A stretch of 64,000 nt of DNA from an uncultured Acidobacteriota bacterium (GCA_963720225.1 CAVREY010000006.1:287189-351188), one strand, 5' to 3'. Positions 41,333 through 50,878 are shown, counted from the stretch's first letter. Notes: generated from the letters alone by a model not told the origin. Program-made: numbers and translations.

Positions 41333-43435
41333 TCACACCGAAAACTTCGGGTCGCCCTCCACAATTTGCGTCGCCATTTGTGGAGCCTCGCCGTTCTGCC
41401 AGAGCGGCGTGCGGAAGCGGGCGCGATAGCGGAGCGGGCCGCCGTCGGGAGTGGCGCTGCGTTCGATGGGGCGCGGAATGCAGACGAATTCCGTTTCGAG
41501 ATAATCGCTCGTCGCGCGAACGATCGAGTAGCCGTGGCCGCCCATATCCACGAAGCGGACGTGCGGGGCAACCTGCGGGTTCGAAAGCGCGCGAGCTCTT
41601 ACCGCGTCGCCGGTGCGCTGGTATTCCAGGCACGCGCGAACGCCGTGATGCAGCAACAAATTCATAGTGGGCTGCGGGCCGGGGGCGCCGGCGGCTTGTC
41701 CCACATAAAGCGTGCGCAGCGGATGGTCCTTCGGAAAACTGTGCTCAAGCGCTTCGATAATTCCCGGCGCGGAAATCGAACCTGTGACGAAGGCGATTCC
41801 CACCGGCGTGAAAGTCTTCGGCGGAAGATTCGCGGCGGCGTATCCGGCCCAGAAACTGTGGCGGTCACCCGCGACGATCGCAAATCCGGTGATTCCGTTC
41901 GCGCGAACGAAATCATAAATCTCAGTGCGCTCCACGTACGCGGTGCCGTGATCGGAGCCGGGCGAAGACGCGAACCCCGCGCCAGGCCAGGGTTTGCCGA
42001 CACCTTGCGGCAAATTCTGAAAATCCGCGCGCACGTCCAGTGTGGCCGTCGTGGTGCCCCAGATTTTCCACGTGGCCTTCGATTCGCGCAGCCGATCCAG
42101 GAACCACTGCTTCTGCGGCGCGCCGAGAATCGTTTGCGCCGGGCGGTCTTTCGTGAAATTCGCAATGCTCACCGCGCCGAAGCTGACCGTGTCCGGCGGT
42201 TTGCCGCCGTTGTAGGTGCGGCCGGCGTCGAGAATCTCCAGCGATTCTTCGGACGTAAATTCCGGGAAGTCGTCGGTCAGGAGCGGCTGCGCTTCATTCT
42301 GGCCCGCGGGATCTTCGGAGCGGTAACTGCGCTGGTCGGTGACGATCAGCTCCACATTTTTCCCCCAGCGAATCGCGCGGTAGCCGGTGAGGCTGGCAAG
42401 CGCGGTGAGATTGTTGGGCTCATCGCCCATGCCGTGATCGTCGAACTTCGCGATGGGCGCATCCACCACATGCGGCGGATCGAACCGTTCGAGCGACGGG
42501 CCGCTGGGTTTCGTCATGCGCGCGGGCTGATATTCGAAGAACGCCTGGTTCGCCGCCACCTTGCGCGTCTGCGCTGGGCGCGTTTTTCCCTCGAACTTTT
42601 GCAGCGACTGCCACCCGAGCCAGCTGAATTCGTGGTTGTCCCACATGTTGACGAACGGCCAGCGCGCGCGAGCCGCCTGAATATCCGGATCGCGCAAATA
42701 GCCGCGATAGACCGCGCGATAATCTTCCACCGTGGTGGGTACGTGGAAGTCGCGGATTTTCTCGCCATGCGGATAGCGCACCACGTCGCGGATTTTGCGG
42801 TCGTACATTCCTTGAGGGCGATCTTCGGGGTACCAGACGATTTCGTAGATGAAATCGCCGAGATGCAGAATGAAGCCGATGCGATCGGATTCTGCGGCGC
42901 GTTCGTCTTCGAAAATCATGCGGCGGTAGGCGTTCTGCGCGCCGTCGTTCGCGTTCTGGCAGCTCACGAAAACGAAAGCGACCGGCCGCGCGTCATCGGC
43001 GACTGGCGCGGTGATGGTGCGGCCGATGCGGCTGCCGTTGCCGTCGGCATCCGAAAAGCGATACCAGTAAACGCTGCGCGGTTTCAGGCCACCCACCAAG
43101 ACGCGGCAGGTCCAGTCGGACGCGGCGCCGGCGGGAGCGTCGGCTGTGGCCACGACGCGAGTGAAATGTTCGTCCTCGGCGACCTCCACATGGAGCGCGT
43201 GCGTTTGCGTTTGAGCGGCGACGTTGGTGGCAGGGCAGCGCGTCCACAGGATCACACTAGTTGGTTCCGGATCGCCGGACGCGACGCCTTCGGGGAAAAG
43301 ATCCGCGCGTTCACGCCACGGAAACGCAGATGCGGCTGCGAACGCCGAGCACCACGCTGTGGTCGCGCCGATGCTCGCGGCGAACGCGAGAAATTCGCGG
43401 CGGCTGAACTCCGACACTCTGCGTTTTTCCGACAT
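41333..43435 (-). CDS. phoD: PhoD-family alkaline phosphatase/phosphodiesterase with Tat signal
   Basis: Twin-arginine motif SRREFLAFAASIGA. 700 aa with a PhoD-like metallophosphatase core. Confidence 0.88.
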   Translation of the reverse strand: MSEKRRVSEFSRREFLAFAASIGATTAWCSAFAAASAFPWRERADLFPEGVASGDPEPTSVILWTRCPATNVAAQTQTHALHVEVAEDEHFTRVVATADAPAGAASDWTCRVLVGGLKPRSVYWYRFSDADGNGSRIGRTITAPVADDARPVAFVFVSCQNANDGAQNAYRRMIFEDERAAESDRIGFILHLGDFIYEIVWYPEDRPQGMYDRKIRDVVRYPHGEKIRDFHVPTTVEDYRAVYRGYLRDPDIQAARARWPFVNMWDNHEFSWLGWQSLQKFEGKTRPAQTRKVAANQAFFEYQPARMTKPSGPSLERFDPPHVVDAPIAKFDDHGMGDEPNNLTALASLTGYRAIRWGKNVELIVTDQRSYRSEDPAGQNEAQPLLTDDFPEFTSEESLEILDAGRTYNGGKPPDTVSFGAVSIANFTKDRPAQTILGAPQKQWFLDRLRESKATWKIWGTTTATLDVRADFQNLPQGVGKPWPGAGFASSPGSDHGTAYVERTEIYDFVRANGITGFAIVAGDRHSFWAGYAAANLPPKTFTPVGIAFVTGSISAPGIIEALEHSFPKDHPLRTLYVGQAAGAPGPQPTMNLLLHHGVRACLEYQRTGDAVRARALSNPQVAPHVRFVDMGGHGYSIVRATSDYLETEFVCIPRPIERSATPDGGPLRYRARFRTPLWQNGEAPQMATQIVEGDPKFSV

Positions 43436-43510
43436 GGCTACCGGTCCTTCCGTTCGATGCGAGCAGAGCGCCTCGCGTTTACTGCGACGCAGGGCTCACA
43501 CCGCTATAAA

Positions 43511-43554
43511 TTACTGTAACGGTGGTCTGTGTGGCATAGGCTTCAGCCTGGGAG
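43511..43554 (-). repeat. REP-like hairpin repeat (family C), 44-nt copy downstream of the EamA gene
   Basis: TTACTGTAACGGTGGTCTGTGTGGCATAGGCTTCAGCCTGGGAG. Confidence 0.8.
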
Positions 43555-43586
43555 AGTTTCGCGCGACGGCGGACGCGTCAGCCGGG

Positions 43587-44564
43587 CTATGTCGCGTCTT
43601 CAGTCGCGCGTTCGGCAGCGAGCACTGAAGTGGAAGCCTTTCTCGCAGGAGCGGTAGTGATCACCAGCACGCTGACCAGCACGCAGGCGCTTCCGACAAT
43701 CGTCCGCGTAGTAAGCGCTTCGCCGCCGAAAAAGTAGCCCACGATCACCGCGACGATCGGATTCACATACGCATACGTCCCCACCTTCGTAGGCGACTCG
43801 TGATGGATCAGCCAGACGTACGCCGTGAAACCAACGACCGAGCCCGCGACGATCAAGTACAACAGCGCCAGCCACGCGCCGCGCGACACGCTCGCGAACT
43901 CGAATCCTCGAAACTCGCCGAACGCCAGCGCGGCGATCAACAAAAACACGCCGCCGCTGAGCATCTGCGCGCCCGAACTCATCACTTTCGATTCGGGCAG
44001 CGGCACTTTGCGCGAGATGGTGGACGCGATCGACCAGCTGATCGACGCGAAAATCAGCGCTGCGGCGCCGAGCTTGTCGATGGGCGCGCCGCCCAGGTTG
44101 AGCGCGGGGCTCATCAACACCGCGACGCCGCACAATCCGACCACGAGGCCGACGACCAGCCGCATGGTGAGCTTCTGCGTCCGCAGAAAAATAATTTCGG
44201 AGAGCGCCATGAACACTGGAATCGTTGCGAGCATCACGGCGGCGATGCCGGACGGCACGCGCTTTTCGCTCCAGAACAACAGGCCGTAGTCGAAAAGGAA
44301 AATGATCATCCCGAGCAGCGACGCCGCGCGCCACTCGCGGAAGCTGGGTGAGCGCTCGCCCCGCGTGCGCATCCATATATAAAGGAACAGGCCGGCGGCG
44401 AAAAATCGCATTCCCGCCATCAGCAGCGGCGGAATTTCGCGCACGCCCACGCGGATCGCAAGAAACGTCGAGCCCCAGACGAAATAAATGATGCCGAAGC
44501 AGAGCAGGGTCGTCCCATTCGCTCGTGGATCGTTGGCGCGGTCCGGCGTGGGGGCGGCGTTCAT
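43587..44564 (-). CDS. EamA/DMT family transporter
   Basis: 325 aa with ten hydrophobic helices and a duplicated EamA pattern (..YFVWGSTFLAIR..). Confidence 0.88.
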   Translation of the reverse strand: MNAAPTPDRANDPRANGTTLLCFGIIYFVWGSTFLAIRVGVREIPPLLMAGMRFFAAGLFLYIWMRTRGERSPSFREWRAASLLGMIIFLFDYGLLFWSEKRVPSGIAAVMLATIPVFMALSEIIFLRTQKLTMRLVVGLVVGLCGVAVLMSPALNLGGAPIDKLGAAALIFASISWSIASTISRKVPLPESKVMSSGAQMLSGGVFLLIAALAFGEFRGFEFASVSRGAWLALLYLIVAGSVVGFTAYVWLIHHESPTKVGTYAYVNPIVAVIVGYFFGGEALTTRTIVGSACVLVSVLVITTAPARKASTSVLAAERATEDAT

Positions 44565-44650
44565 GGAGACATTCTACCCGCGCTCGGCTATGAGGTGAGT
44601 ACCACTCCGCAGCGATGGAACAGGCCACTTTGTGAGGCGGACGCGCCAAT

Positions 44651-45142
44651 TTGTCTTTGATCGAAGCAGCGCTCAGACTGACCTATAGTGCTGGGGACGC
44701 AAGTCGCCAAGCCTACAAATCAACGGAAGGTTTCGCGAGAAAGATGCTGGCCTACGAAGGGATAGCCGAAAAGCTGACGGATCGCGTTCCTGAATTGGGC
44801 GACAGGACGGCGGAGCGATTTGAGGAATTTCGTGACGATGAAACCGGCGGGCTTTTGGCGTATCCAGTGTTCGGAGACGTATTCCAGCCGTTCCTGTTTC
44901 GGTTGCTCGACGAGAATCGCGTTGGAGAGGTCATGGTTCGCACCTTCGCATTTCTAGAAGAAATGGCCGAATCGACGGATCGAGCTGTCTACGACCTGCT
45001 TGGGATCGAGGTTCTTGAGCCGCTTCTTCACGATCCAAAACGATTGCTACTCGCGTGGCCCCACATGAAGGTGAAGATGCGAGAGCAAATCCGAGAGACG
45101 GCGGGATTTCAGGGTGTGGAGCGCAACGTGTCGGCGGAGTAA
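44651..45142 (+). CDS. hypothetical protein (start uncertain: TTG 44651 or ATG 44744)
   Basis: Helical, acidic protein with visibly lower GC. No family assigned with confidence. Confidence 0.5.
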   Translation: MSLIEAALRLTYSAGDASRQAYKSTEGFARKMLAYEGIAEKLTDRVPELGDRTAERFEEFRDDETGGLLAYPVFGDVFQPFLFRLLDENRVGEVMVRTFAFLEEMAESTDRAVYDLLGIEVLEPLLHDPKRLLLAWPHMKVKMREQIRETAGFQGVERNVSAE

Positions 45143-45243
45143 AGCGGGACGAGTTGCGTCGCTACGTACTCGATTCGGTTGCGGTCGGAGCGCTCTCGTG
45201 GAGTGCCTTCGTAGGCTGACAACCCGTCGGTGCTCCGACGCGG

Positions 45244-46209
45244 CTACGGTTTCGGCGTTTCCACCACCTGGCGCGTATCCACGGAAAACAGCTGAAAATT
45301 CGAGAAACTGTGCTCGATGATCGTGCGCGTCTTTCCGTAGTTGGCGTAGACCACGGCCGATTGCGGCAGCCACAGCTCGACCCGCTTGGTCTGGAATTTC
45401 ACCGGCGCGTAATCGATCGCCGTCGCGTTCGAGCGCAGTCCAAGCTCAGGCACGGGATCCATCAAGTATGTCTCGAGGTGAATCACTTCGCCCGAGTCCG
45501 CCGCGATCCACGCGCGCCCGCGAATTCGGACCGGGTAGCGGCCGATGGGCGAGATGAGCGCAATCGCGTGCGGCGTCTTGCCATTCATCTGCGCGAATGA
45601 AACCACAAACGCGCCGCGCCCGCGCCGGCGCACGAACCCATCGCAGTGGATGTCGAAATCCGTCTGCATCGATGGGTGAAACACCAGCGCGAGAGCCACG
45701 AGCCCGCGGTCGATTTCGCTTTCCAGAATGGCATCATTGTTGCGGCCGATCGGCGCGCGGGTTTCGTGCAGGCGCAGCGGCGAAGCGGAATCGCCGAAGT
45801 CCGCCTGGTAATCGTAGCGGCCCTTCAGATAGAGCAGCGAGTCTCCGCTTTTGTCCACGCGTTCAAAACGCACTTGCTCGTGCGCGTCGAAATTCTGAAG
45901 GTGGTCGATCAGGTCGTCGGCGCGGCGGCCAGCTTTGGCCAGCAGGTCGTTCAGGTGGCACGCGGGCACTGCGGAAATTCCGGGCACGGGCTCGAAGGCG
46001 TGCGGCGGTTTCCAGTGCAGCTTAGGCGTCTTGTCGTCCGGAATCTGCGCGAGGGAGGTCGATGCGAACGCGAACAGCACGGCAATGACGATGAGCGCTC
46101 GGAGAAGCAGGCGAAGCTGGAGAACGCGGGATGCAAAAGGACGCACGACGGAAGCCGCGCAGGAGAATCCGCGCGAAAGGGCCGGCGCACGTGAACCAAA
46201 AACCAGCAT
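45244..46209 (-). CDS. hypothetical secreted protein
   Basis: ATG at 46209. Signal-anchor LLLRALIVIAVLFAFASTSLAQ. Confidence 0.6.
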   Translation of the reverse strand: MLVFGSRAPALSRGFSCAASVVRPFASRVLQLRLLLRALIVIAVLFAFASTSLAQIPDDKTPKLHWKPPHAFEPVPGISAVPACHLNDLLAKAGRRADDLIDHLQNFDAHEQVRFERVDKSGDSLLYLKGRYDYQADFGDSASPLRLHETRAPIGRNNDAILESEIDRGLVALALVFHPSMQTDFDIHCDGFVRRRGRGAFVVSFAQMNGKTPHAIALISPIGRYPVRIRGRAWIAADSGEVIHLETYLMDPVPELGLRSNATAIDYAPVKFQTKRVELWLPQSAVVYANYGKTRTIIEHSFSNFQLFSVDTRQVVETPKP

Positions 46210-46398
46210 TAAGAAATCCGGCGGCCGAACGGCTCAGCTAACGATTCAACGCCGGGATACTAGCACGGTCCGCCGCGCCGAATTGTAAAATCCGTCGCCT
46301 CGGAAACCCCGGTGCATGTTGCGGGGCGTGTGGTCCGGGAGGAGTATTGCTGCGACGGCGAACGGCTTCGTAGGATCACGATACACGTCGGGGCCTCG

Positions 46399-46680
46399 GT
46401 GGGATAGCCCTGCCGCACAGGCTGTCATCCTACGATCGCCCGTCGATATCCTGGCATCCTCGCTGACGTACTCCGATCACGATAGGCGAGCCAGCCAGTA
46501 AAGTAGGCAAGTCTTGCCTGTGTCCGTCGGCCCTGTCACCCCAGCTCCCAAACCTTCACAGGCATTACCTGCCTATTCCACGACCGCACTCACCTAAATT
46601 GATTTTCTTCCGACGTGGAAACTCCCAGTATACCGATTGAAATTTCGTATGCTGACAGCCTGCGCGGCAGGCTATCCCAC
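46399..46680 (+). mobile_element. MITE/BIME-like element (family M, long form, 282 bp)
   Basis: Left end is GTGGGATAGCCCTGCCGCACAGGCTGTCATCCTA. The right end reverse-complements to GTGGGATAGCCTGCCGCGCAGGCTGTCA. Internal family C hairpins lie at 46503-46525 and 46555-46582. It is collinear with 54086-54375 and 61377-61662. Confidence 0.6.
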
Positions 46681-46719
46681 TTCAAATTTGTGCGATACTT
46701 TCGGGCCGTGAGGAAACTT

Positions 46720-48732
46720 ATGCGGCGTGGAAAACTTCGGCTGAAAATTGCGTGCGCGGTTGCAGGCGTGGTGATGATGGCGCTTGCGCTGCGGGCAACG
46801 CCGGTTGCGGCGCAGGACTCCGCGCCGGCGTCGTCGAAGGAGCGCGCCGCGAAAGTGATCGCTTCGATGACGCGCGCAAAAAGGATCAGCGACGTCGCGA
46901 TCTCGCCGGATGGAAGACGGGTCGCCTACGTTATCGAGGGCAAGCTACATATCGGTCCCGTCGAGCGCGGCAGCGCGCCGGGAACTTTATCGACACCGGA
47001 ACAACCCGTGCGCGATGTGGCGTGGACCGCGGATGGAGAGGTCATCGCGTTCGTCGCCGACTTGCCGGGCGACATGCCTCGATGTCAGATCTGGACCGCT
47101 TCCGCGGATGCGACGAACGCCACGAAGCGCGTCGAGCTGAAAGGCTACGCAGAGGCGCCGCGATTCTCGCCGGACGGGAAGACGCTCTCGATCCTCTATA
47201 TCGAAAATATGCCGCGCGTGGCGGGGCCGCTCGAGCCGATGACGCCACTCTCCGGGGAAATCGGCGAGAAAGTGTACGAGCAGCGCATCGCGACGATCGA
47301 TCTCGCCACGAACAAGCTGAAGCAAGTCACGCCGCCCGATGTCTATGCATACGAGTATGAGTGGACGCCGGACGGAAAAGGCTGGGTCGCGACGGCTGCT
47401 CATGGGAGCGGTGACGCGAACTGGTACGTTGCGCACTTGTATGCGATTGATGCCGCAACGGGCGCGATGCGCGACATCTACACGCCGAAATTTCAGATTG
47501 CCGATCCGCGCGTTTCGCCCGACGGGAAGAATGTCGCATTCATCGAAGGGCTGATGAGCGATGAGGGCTCGACCGGCGGAGATGTTTATTTGATCCCCAT
47601 CGACGGCGGAACCCCGAAAAATTTGACGCCGAATCTCCACGGCTCGCCGCGCGCGATTGTATGGACGGCCTTCACGGGGCTGCTTTCGAATCAAAACGTC
47701 GATGGCGACTCCGCGATCGTCGAGATCCCTCTTGACGATCGACCGGCGCGGACGCTTTGGACCGGAGCCGACTTCGTGCGCCCCGGTGGCTCAGCCTGGG
47801 CTGCGCCCAAGGCCTTGCCCCAGGAATTCGACCGTCTTGAGACGACGACGGTCGCCGTGGTTCGTCAGTCAGCCAACATGCCGCCAGAAGTTTGGGCCGG
47901 CCCGCCAGGCAAATGGAAACAAATCACGCATCTCAGCGGCCTGAAGCCCGCGAGGGGCGCTATGCTCAACATCCACTGGATGAACGGCGACTCGCGCGTG
48001 CAGGGCTGGCTCACTCAGCCGAAGGATTACGATCCGCAGAAAAAATATCCGCTCGTCGTGGTCGTCCACGGCGGCCCTTCGGCGGCGTGCGAAAACAGCT
48101 GGACTTCCTGGGGCGTGGGCGATCTTTCCGCGATGGGATATTTCGTGCTGTGCGCGAATCCGCGCGGCAGTTTCGGCCAGGGCGAAGCCTACGTTCGCGG
48201 CAACGTGAAAGATTTCGGCGGCGGCGACTTTCACGACATCATGGCCGGCATCGACTACGTTCTTGCGAATTATCCCGTCGATCCGGCGCGCCTGGGGATT
48301 TTCGGGCACAGTTACGGCGGCTACATGACCATGTGGGCCGAGACGCAGACGAATCGTTTTGCAGCGGCCGTCGCTGGCGCGGGCCTCTCCGACTGGCTCA
48401 GCTACTACGGTGTGAACGACATCGACGAGTGGATGATGCCCTTCTTCGGCGCGTCGATTTACGACGATCCCGCGGTGTACGCAAAAAGCGATCCCATGCA
48501 CTTCGTGAAAAACGTGAAAACGCCGACGCTGATTCTGGTTGGCGACCGCGACGGCGAAGTGCCCATGGAACAGTCGGTGGAATGGAGGCACGCGCTTGAT
48601 GCCGAGCACGTTCCCGTGCGGCTCGTCGTTTACCCCAACGAAGGTCACGGAATGGGGAATCCTGTGAACAGCCGCGACTACCGCATGCGCACGCTCGAGT
48701 GGTTCGATGAGTGGTTCTCGAAAGTGAAATAG
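46720..48732 (+). CDS. S9 family serine peptidase (prolyl oligopeptidase/DPP-type) with N-terminal beta-propeller
   Basis: Start moved to ATG 46720, with GTGAGGAAA upstream and downstream of the repeat element. Signal peptide present. Nucleophile elbow GHSYGGYM and C-terminal D/H region. Confidence 0.9.
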   Translation: MRRGKLRLKIACAVAGVVMMALALRATPVAAQDSAPASSKERAAKVIASMTRAKRISDVAISPDGRRVAYVIEGKLHIGPVERGSAPGTLSTPEQPVRDVAWTADGEVIAFVADLPGDMPRCQIWTASADATNATKRVELKGYAEAPRFSPDGKTLSILYIENMPRVAGPLEPMTPLSGEIGEKVYEQRIATIDLATNKLKQVTPPDVYAYEYEWTPDGKGWVATAAHGSGDANWYVAHLYAIDAATGAMRDIYTPKFQIADPRVSPDGKNVAFIEGLMSDEGSTGGDVYLIPIDGGTPKNLTPNLHGSPRAIVWTAFTGLLSNQNVDGDSAIVEIPLDDRPARTLWTGADFVRPGGSAWAAPKALPQEFDRLETTTVAVVRQSANMPPEVWAGPPGKWKQITHLSGLKPARGAMLNIHWMNGDSRVQGWLTQPKDYDPQKKYPLVVVVHGGPSAACENSWTSWGVGDLSAMGYFVLCANPRGSFGQGEAYVRGNVKDFGGGDFHDIMAGIDYVLANYPVDPARLGIFGHSYGGYMTMWAETQTNRFAAAVAGAGLSDWLSYYGVNDIDEWMMPFFGASIYDDPAVYAKSDPMHFVKNVKTPTLILVGDRDGEVPMEQSVEWRHALDAEHVPVRLVVYPNEGHGMGNPVNSRDYRMRTLEWFDEWFSKVK

Positions 48733-48737
48733 CCCAG

Positions 48738-48782
48738 GTGGGATGGTTCGCCGCGGCGAGGTGTCGTCCTACGACCGCGGCC
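48738..48782 (+). repeat. REP-like hairpin module (family M), solo copy directly after the peptidase stop
   Basis: GTGGGATGGTTCGCC-GC-GGCGAGGTGTCGTCCTACGACC. Confidence 0.65.
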
Positions 48783-48949
48783 CTTCGTTGCGCACGCGCC
48801 GCGGCCGGCGCAACCGATCCAGAAAAATGCTGCGTGAAACATCCAGCACCCCCGCTCACCATCCGAGACTCGCATAACGTCGAGCCTAGGGGTCGCTTTG
48901 TCTACGTCCGTCGCGCGCCCGGCCGCGGCTTAACACTGAAAAACATTGC

Positions 48950-48978
48950 TTGACACAACTTTACACCAGTTATATATC
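48950..48978 (+). promoter_or_regulatory. possible promoter TTGACA-N15/17-TATATA/TATATC
   Basis: TTGACA at 48950-48955 and an AT-rich -10 candidate at 48971-48978. It lies about 125 nt upstream of GTG 49101. Confidence 0.3.
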
Positions 48979-49100
48979 CGCTCTCAGAGGTAGGGTCGCG
49001 CACATCCCCGCAGCGGGCCCAGCAATACGGACGACGTCGCAGGGTGTTGTCCCAAATTACGAATCGGCCACGCTGCGTTTCCCCAGCCCTGGAGGCTTCT

Positions 49101-49988
49101 GTGCATACCGCAATCGGCGTTTTCACCTCGCGTGAACTCGCGGAAGAAACACTGAAGGAACTGCTTCGCGCCGGAGTGCCCAAGGAATCGATCGTATTTT
49201 TGTCGCGCTCCGAGCATGAGGCCATGGCCGTCGCAAAAGAAGTAGGCGGGATCGCCGGCGGAGTCACCGGAGGAGCCGTCGGCATCGGCGCCGGGCTGGT
49301 GGTCGCGTCACTGGCGCTGGTGCCGGGAATCGGACAAGTGTTTGCGGTGGGCGTGGGAGCGACCGCGCTGCTCGGGTTGATCGGCAAGAAAGCCGGCACC
49401 ACAGTGGCGCGTCATCTGGCGAAGGACGTCGAGCAGCCGGCCGAGCCCGCGGACGAAAAAGCCGCCGACGAGTCGCATACGTTCACGGAAGTTTTGAAAG
49501 CGGGGCGGTCGTTGCTGGTGGTGAGCACGGAGTCGGAGGTGAACGCGAAAGTGGCGGCGGTGATTTTGGACCGCGCGACCGTCGCCGCGGGCACCGCTCC
49601 TGCCGAGCCGGCGAGAACGGGCGGGAAAACCAACGCGTCGGTGCGCGCCGTGCCCGGTGGAGTGACGGCCATCGAGGTGCGAGGCCGCATCGTGATCGGA
49701 GAGGGGAACACGATTCTGCGCGAAACGATTCAGCAGCTCGTCGTGGACGGCCACCGCAAAATTTTGCTGGTAATGCGCGAGGTGGAACACATCGACAGCT
49801 CGGGCATCGGAGAAATTGTTCGCGCGCACACCCTGGCCCGGAAATCCGGCGTCCAGATGAAAATCGCGGACCCCAGCCCGAAAGTGCACGAGATGCTGCA
49901 GATGACCTTGCTGAATAAAGTGCTCGACGTCTATCCGAGCGAGACGGCCGCGGTGGAATCCTTCACCGCATCATCCGCGAAGGCGTAA
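49101..49988 (+). CDS. fusion protein: GSP17M/DUF1269-like domain + glycine-zipper membrane segment + C-terminal STAS (anti-sigma-factor antagonist) domain
   Basis: GTG at 49101 with GGAGG 6 nt upstream. N-terminus VHTAIGVFTSRELAEETLKELLRAGVPKESIVFL. Gly-zipper GGIAGGVTGGAVGIGAGLVV... STAS region with the HIDSSGIGEIV motif. Confidence 0.7.
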   Translation: MHTAIGVFTSRELAEETLKELLRAGVPKESIVFLSRSEHEAMAVAKEVGGIAGGVTGGAVGIGAGLVVASLALVPGIGQVFAVGVGATALLGLIGKKAGTTVARHLAKDVEQPAEPADEKAADESHTFTEVLKAGRSLLVVSTESEVNAKVAAVILDRATVAAGTAPAEPARTGGKTNASVRAVPGGVTAIEVRGRIVIGEGNTILRETIQQLVVDGHRKILLVMREVEHIDSSGIGEIVRAHTLARKSGVQMKIADPSPKVHEMLQMTLLNKVLDVYPSETAAVESFTASSAKA

Positions 49989-50040
49989 CCGCGAGCGGCT
50001 TCGCAGCGCGCGCGCACCGCATCGAACTTTTGCCTAACGC

Positions 50041-50090
50041 AAAAAAGGGGTCCGCGCGGCTCACTCCCGAGCCACGCGGACCCTATTTTG
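50041..50090. terminator. bidirectional intrinsic terminator between convergent genes
   Basis: AAAAAA, then GGGGTCCGCGCGGCTC, ACTCCC, GAGCCACGCGGACCC, then TATTTTG. The GC-rich stem has an A-tract on one side and a T-tract on the other. Confidence 0.6.
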
Positions 50091-50163
50091 TGGGCCATAC
50101 GTATTCATCGCGGCTCGAGTTAGGCACGCTGCGGATTTCGAGCGATTGATTTCGTGAATCGCG

Positions 50164-50475
50164 CTAGGCCTTCGCGCCCATCTTCGACTTGATGAGGCCG
50201 ACGATCGCCATTACCACCGCGCCACCCACACCGCCGCCGGCGATGCTGGAGACGATCGAGCTGACGTCCATGCCGCCCGCCGGAGCCGCTGCCGCTGCCG
50301 CGCCGCCGCCCATCACCATACCCAGGATCTGCCCGCCGATGCCGCCGCCGACGATTCCCGCGATCGAGTTGCCGATCGGCCCGAGATTCAGCTTGCTGGC
50401 CACCGCGCCGACAATGTTGCCGCCCACCGCGCCGCTGATCAGCTGAACGATAATGCCGATTATTTTCGGATCCAT
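50164..50475 (-). CDS. Gly-rich (glycine-zipper) small membrane protein
   Basis: ATG at 50475 with AAGGAG 5 nt upstream. MDPKIIGIIVQLISGAVGGNIVGAV..GGGVGGAVVMAIVGLI. Confidence 0.6.
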   Translation of the reverse strand: MDPKIIGIIVQLISGAVGGNIVGAVASKLNLGPIGNSIAGIVGGGIGGQILGMVMGGGAAAAAAPAGGMDVSSIVSSIAGGGVGGAVVMAIVGLIKSKMGAKA

Positions 50476-50807
50476 CGAATCTCCTTGGTTGCCAAAGTTG
50501 AATTGGGGCCCGTGAAACAACCGCTACCGTGGGAATTGCGCTCGCGCCGCCTTTGCACGCGTTCGCTGTGTGTGAGTGGGTGAGCTATACAACGAGCGCG
50601 CCGCCCGCGCAAGCAATTCCTTTGGGGATGCACTGGCGGGTCTGGCGGGAGTCGGCGAATTCGAGGAGTAGCACAGACAATCTTGCCAGTGTGCGGCGCG
50701 AAAACGCGAGTTCTGCGTTTTGCGACGCAGGTTTTGACGTCCGTGGGAGCTAAGAAAATTCAACTTCTGTATGCGGCGATACAGCTGGAATTCGCTCCGC
50801 CGCCGCG

Positions 50808-50833
50808 CACACAGGCAGGATTGCCTGTACTAC
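50808..50833 (+). repeat. REP-like hairpin (family C)
   Basis: CACACAGGCA-GGAT-TGCCTGTACTAC. Confidence 0.5.
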
Positions 50834-50841
50834 TCAAAAAC

Positions 50842-50878
50842 GCGGGACAGTCCCGCTTCTCGGGACTGTCGTCCTACG
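50842..50878 (+). repeat. REP-like hairpin module (family M)
   Basis: GCGGGACAGTCCCG-CTTCT-CGGGACTGTCGTCCTAC has a 10-bp stem. It is followed by GAAGGCCAGCCGAATTCCCGCGACAACAC, which recurs at 51288-51316. Confidence 0.65.

Noticed and set aside
41261-43519. 752-aa ORF on the plus strand
   Set aside because: It is fully antisense to the well-supported PhoD gene. It is Arg/Ala/Gly-rich with no motif, which is the typical shadow ORF of a high-GC gene.
43600-44649. 349-aa minus-strand ORF
   Set aside because: It is an alternative frame of the EamA transporter gene. It is Arg-rich, whereas the other frame gives ten clean TM helices.
46615-46719. N-terminal extension of the S9 peptidase ORF
   Set aside because: It is encoded by the right arm of the repeat element (46650-46680). 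The internal ATG 46720 has a ribosome-binding site and is followed by a signal peptide.
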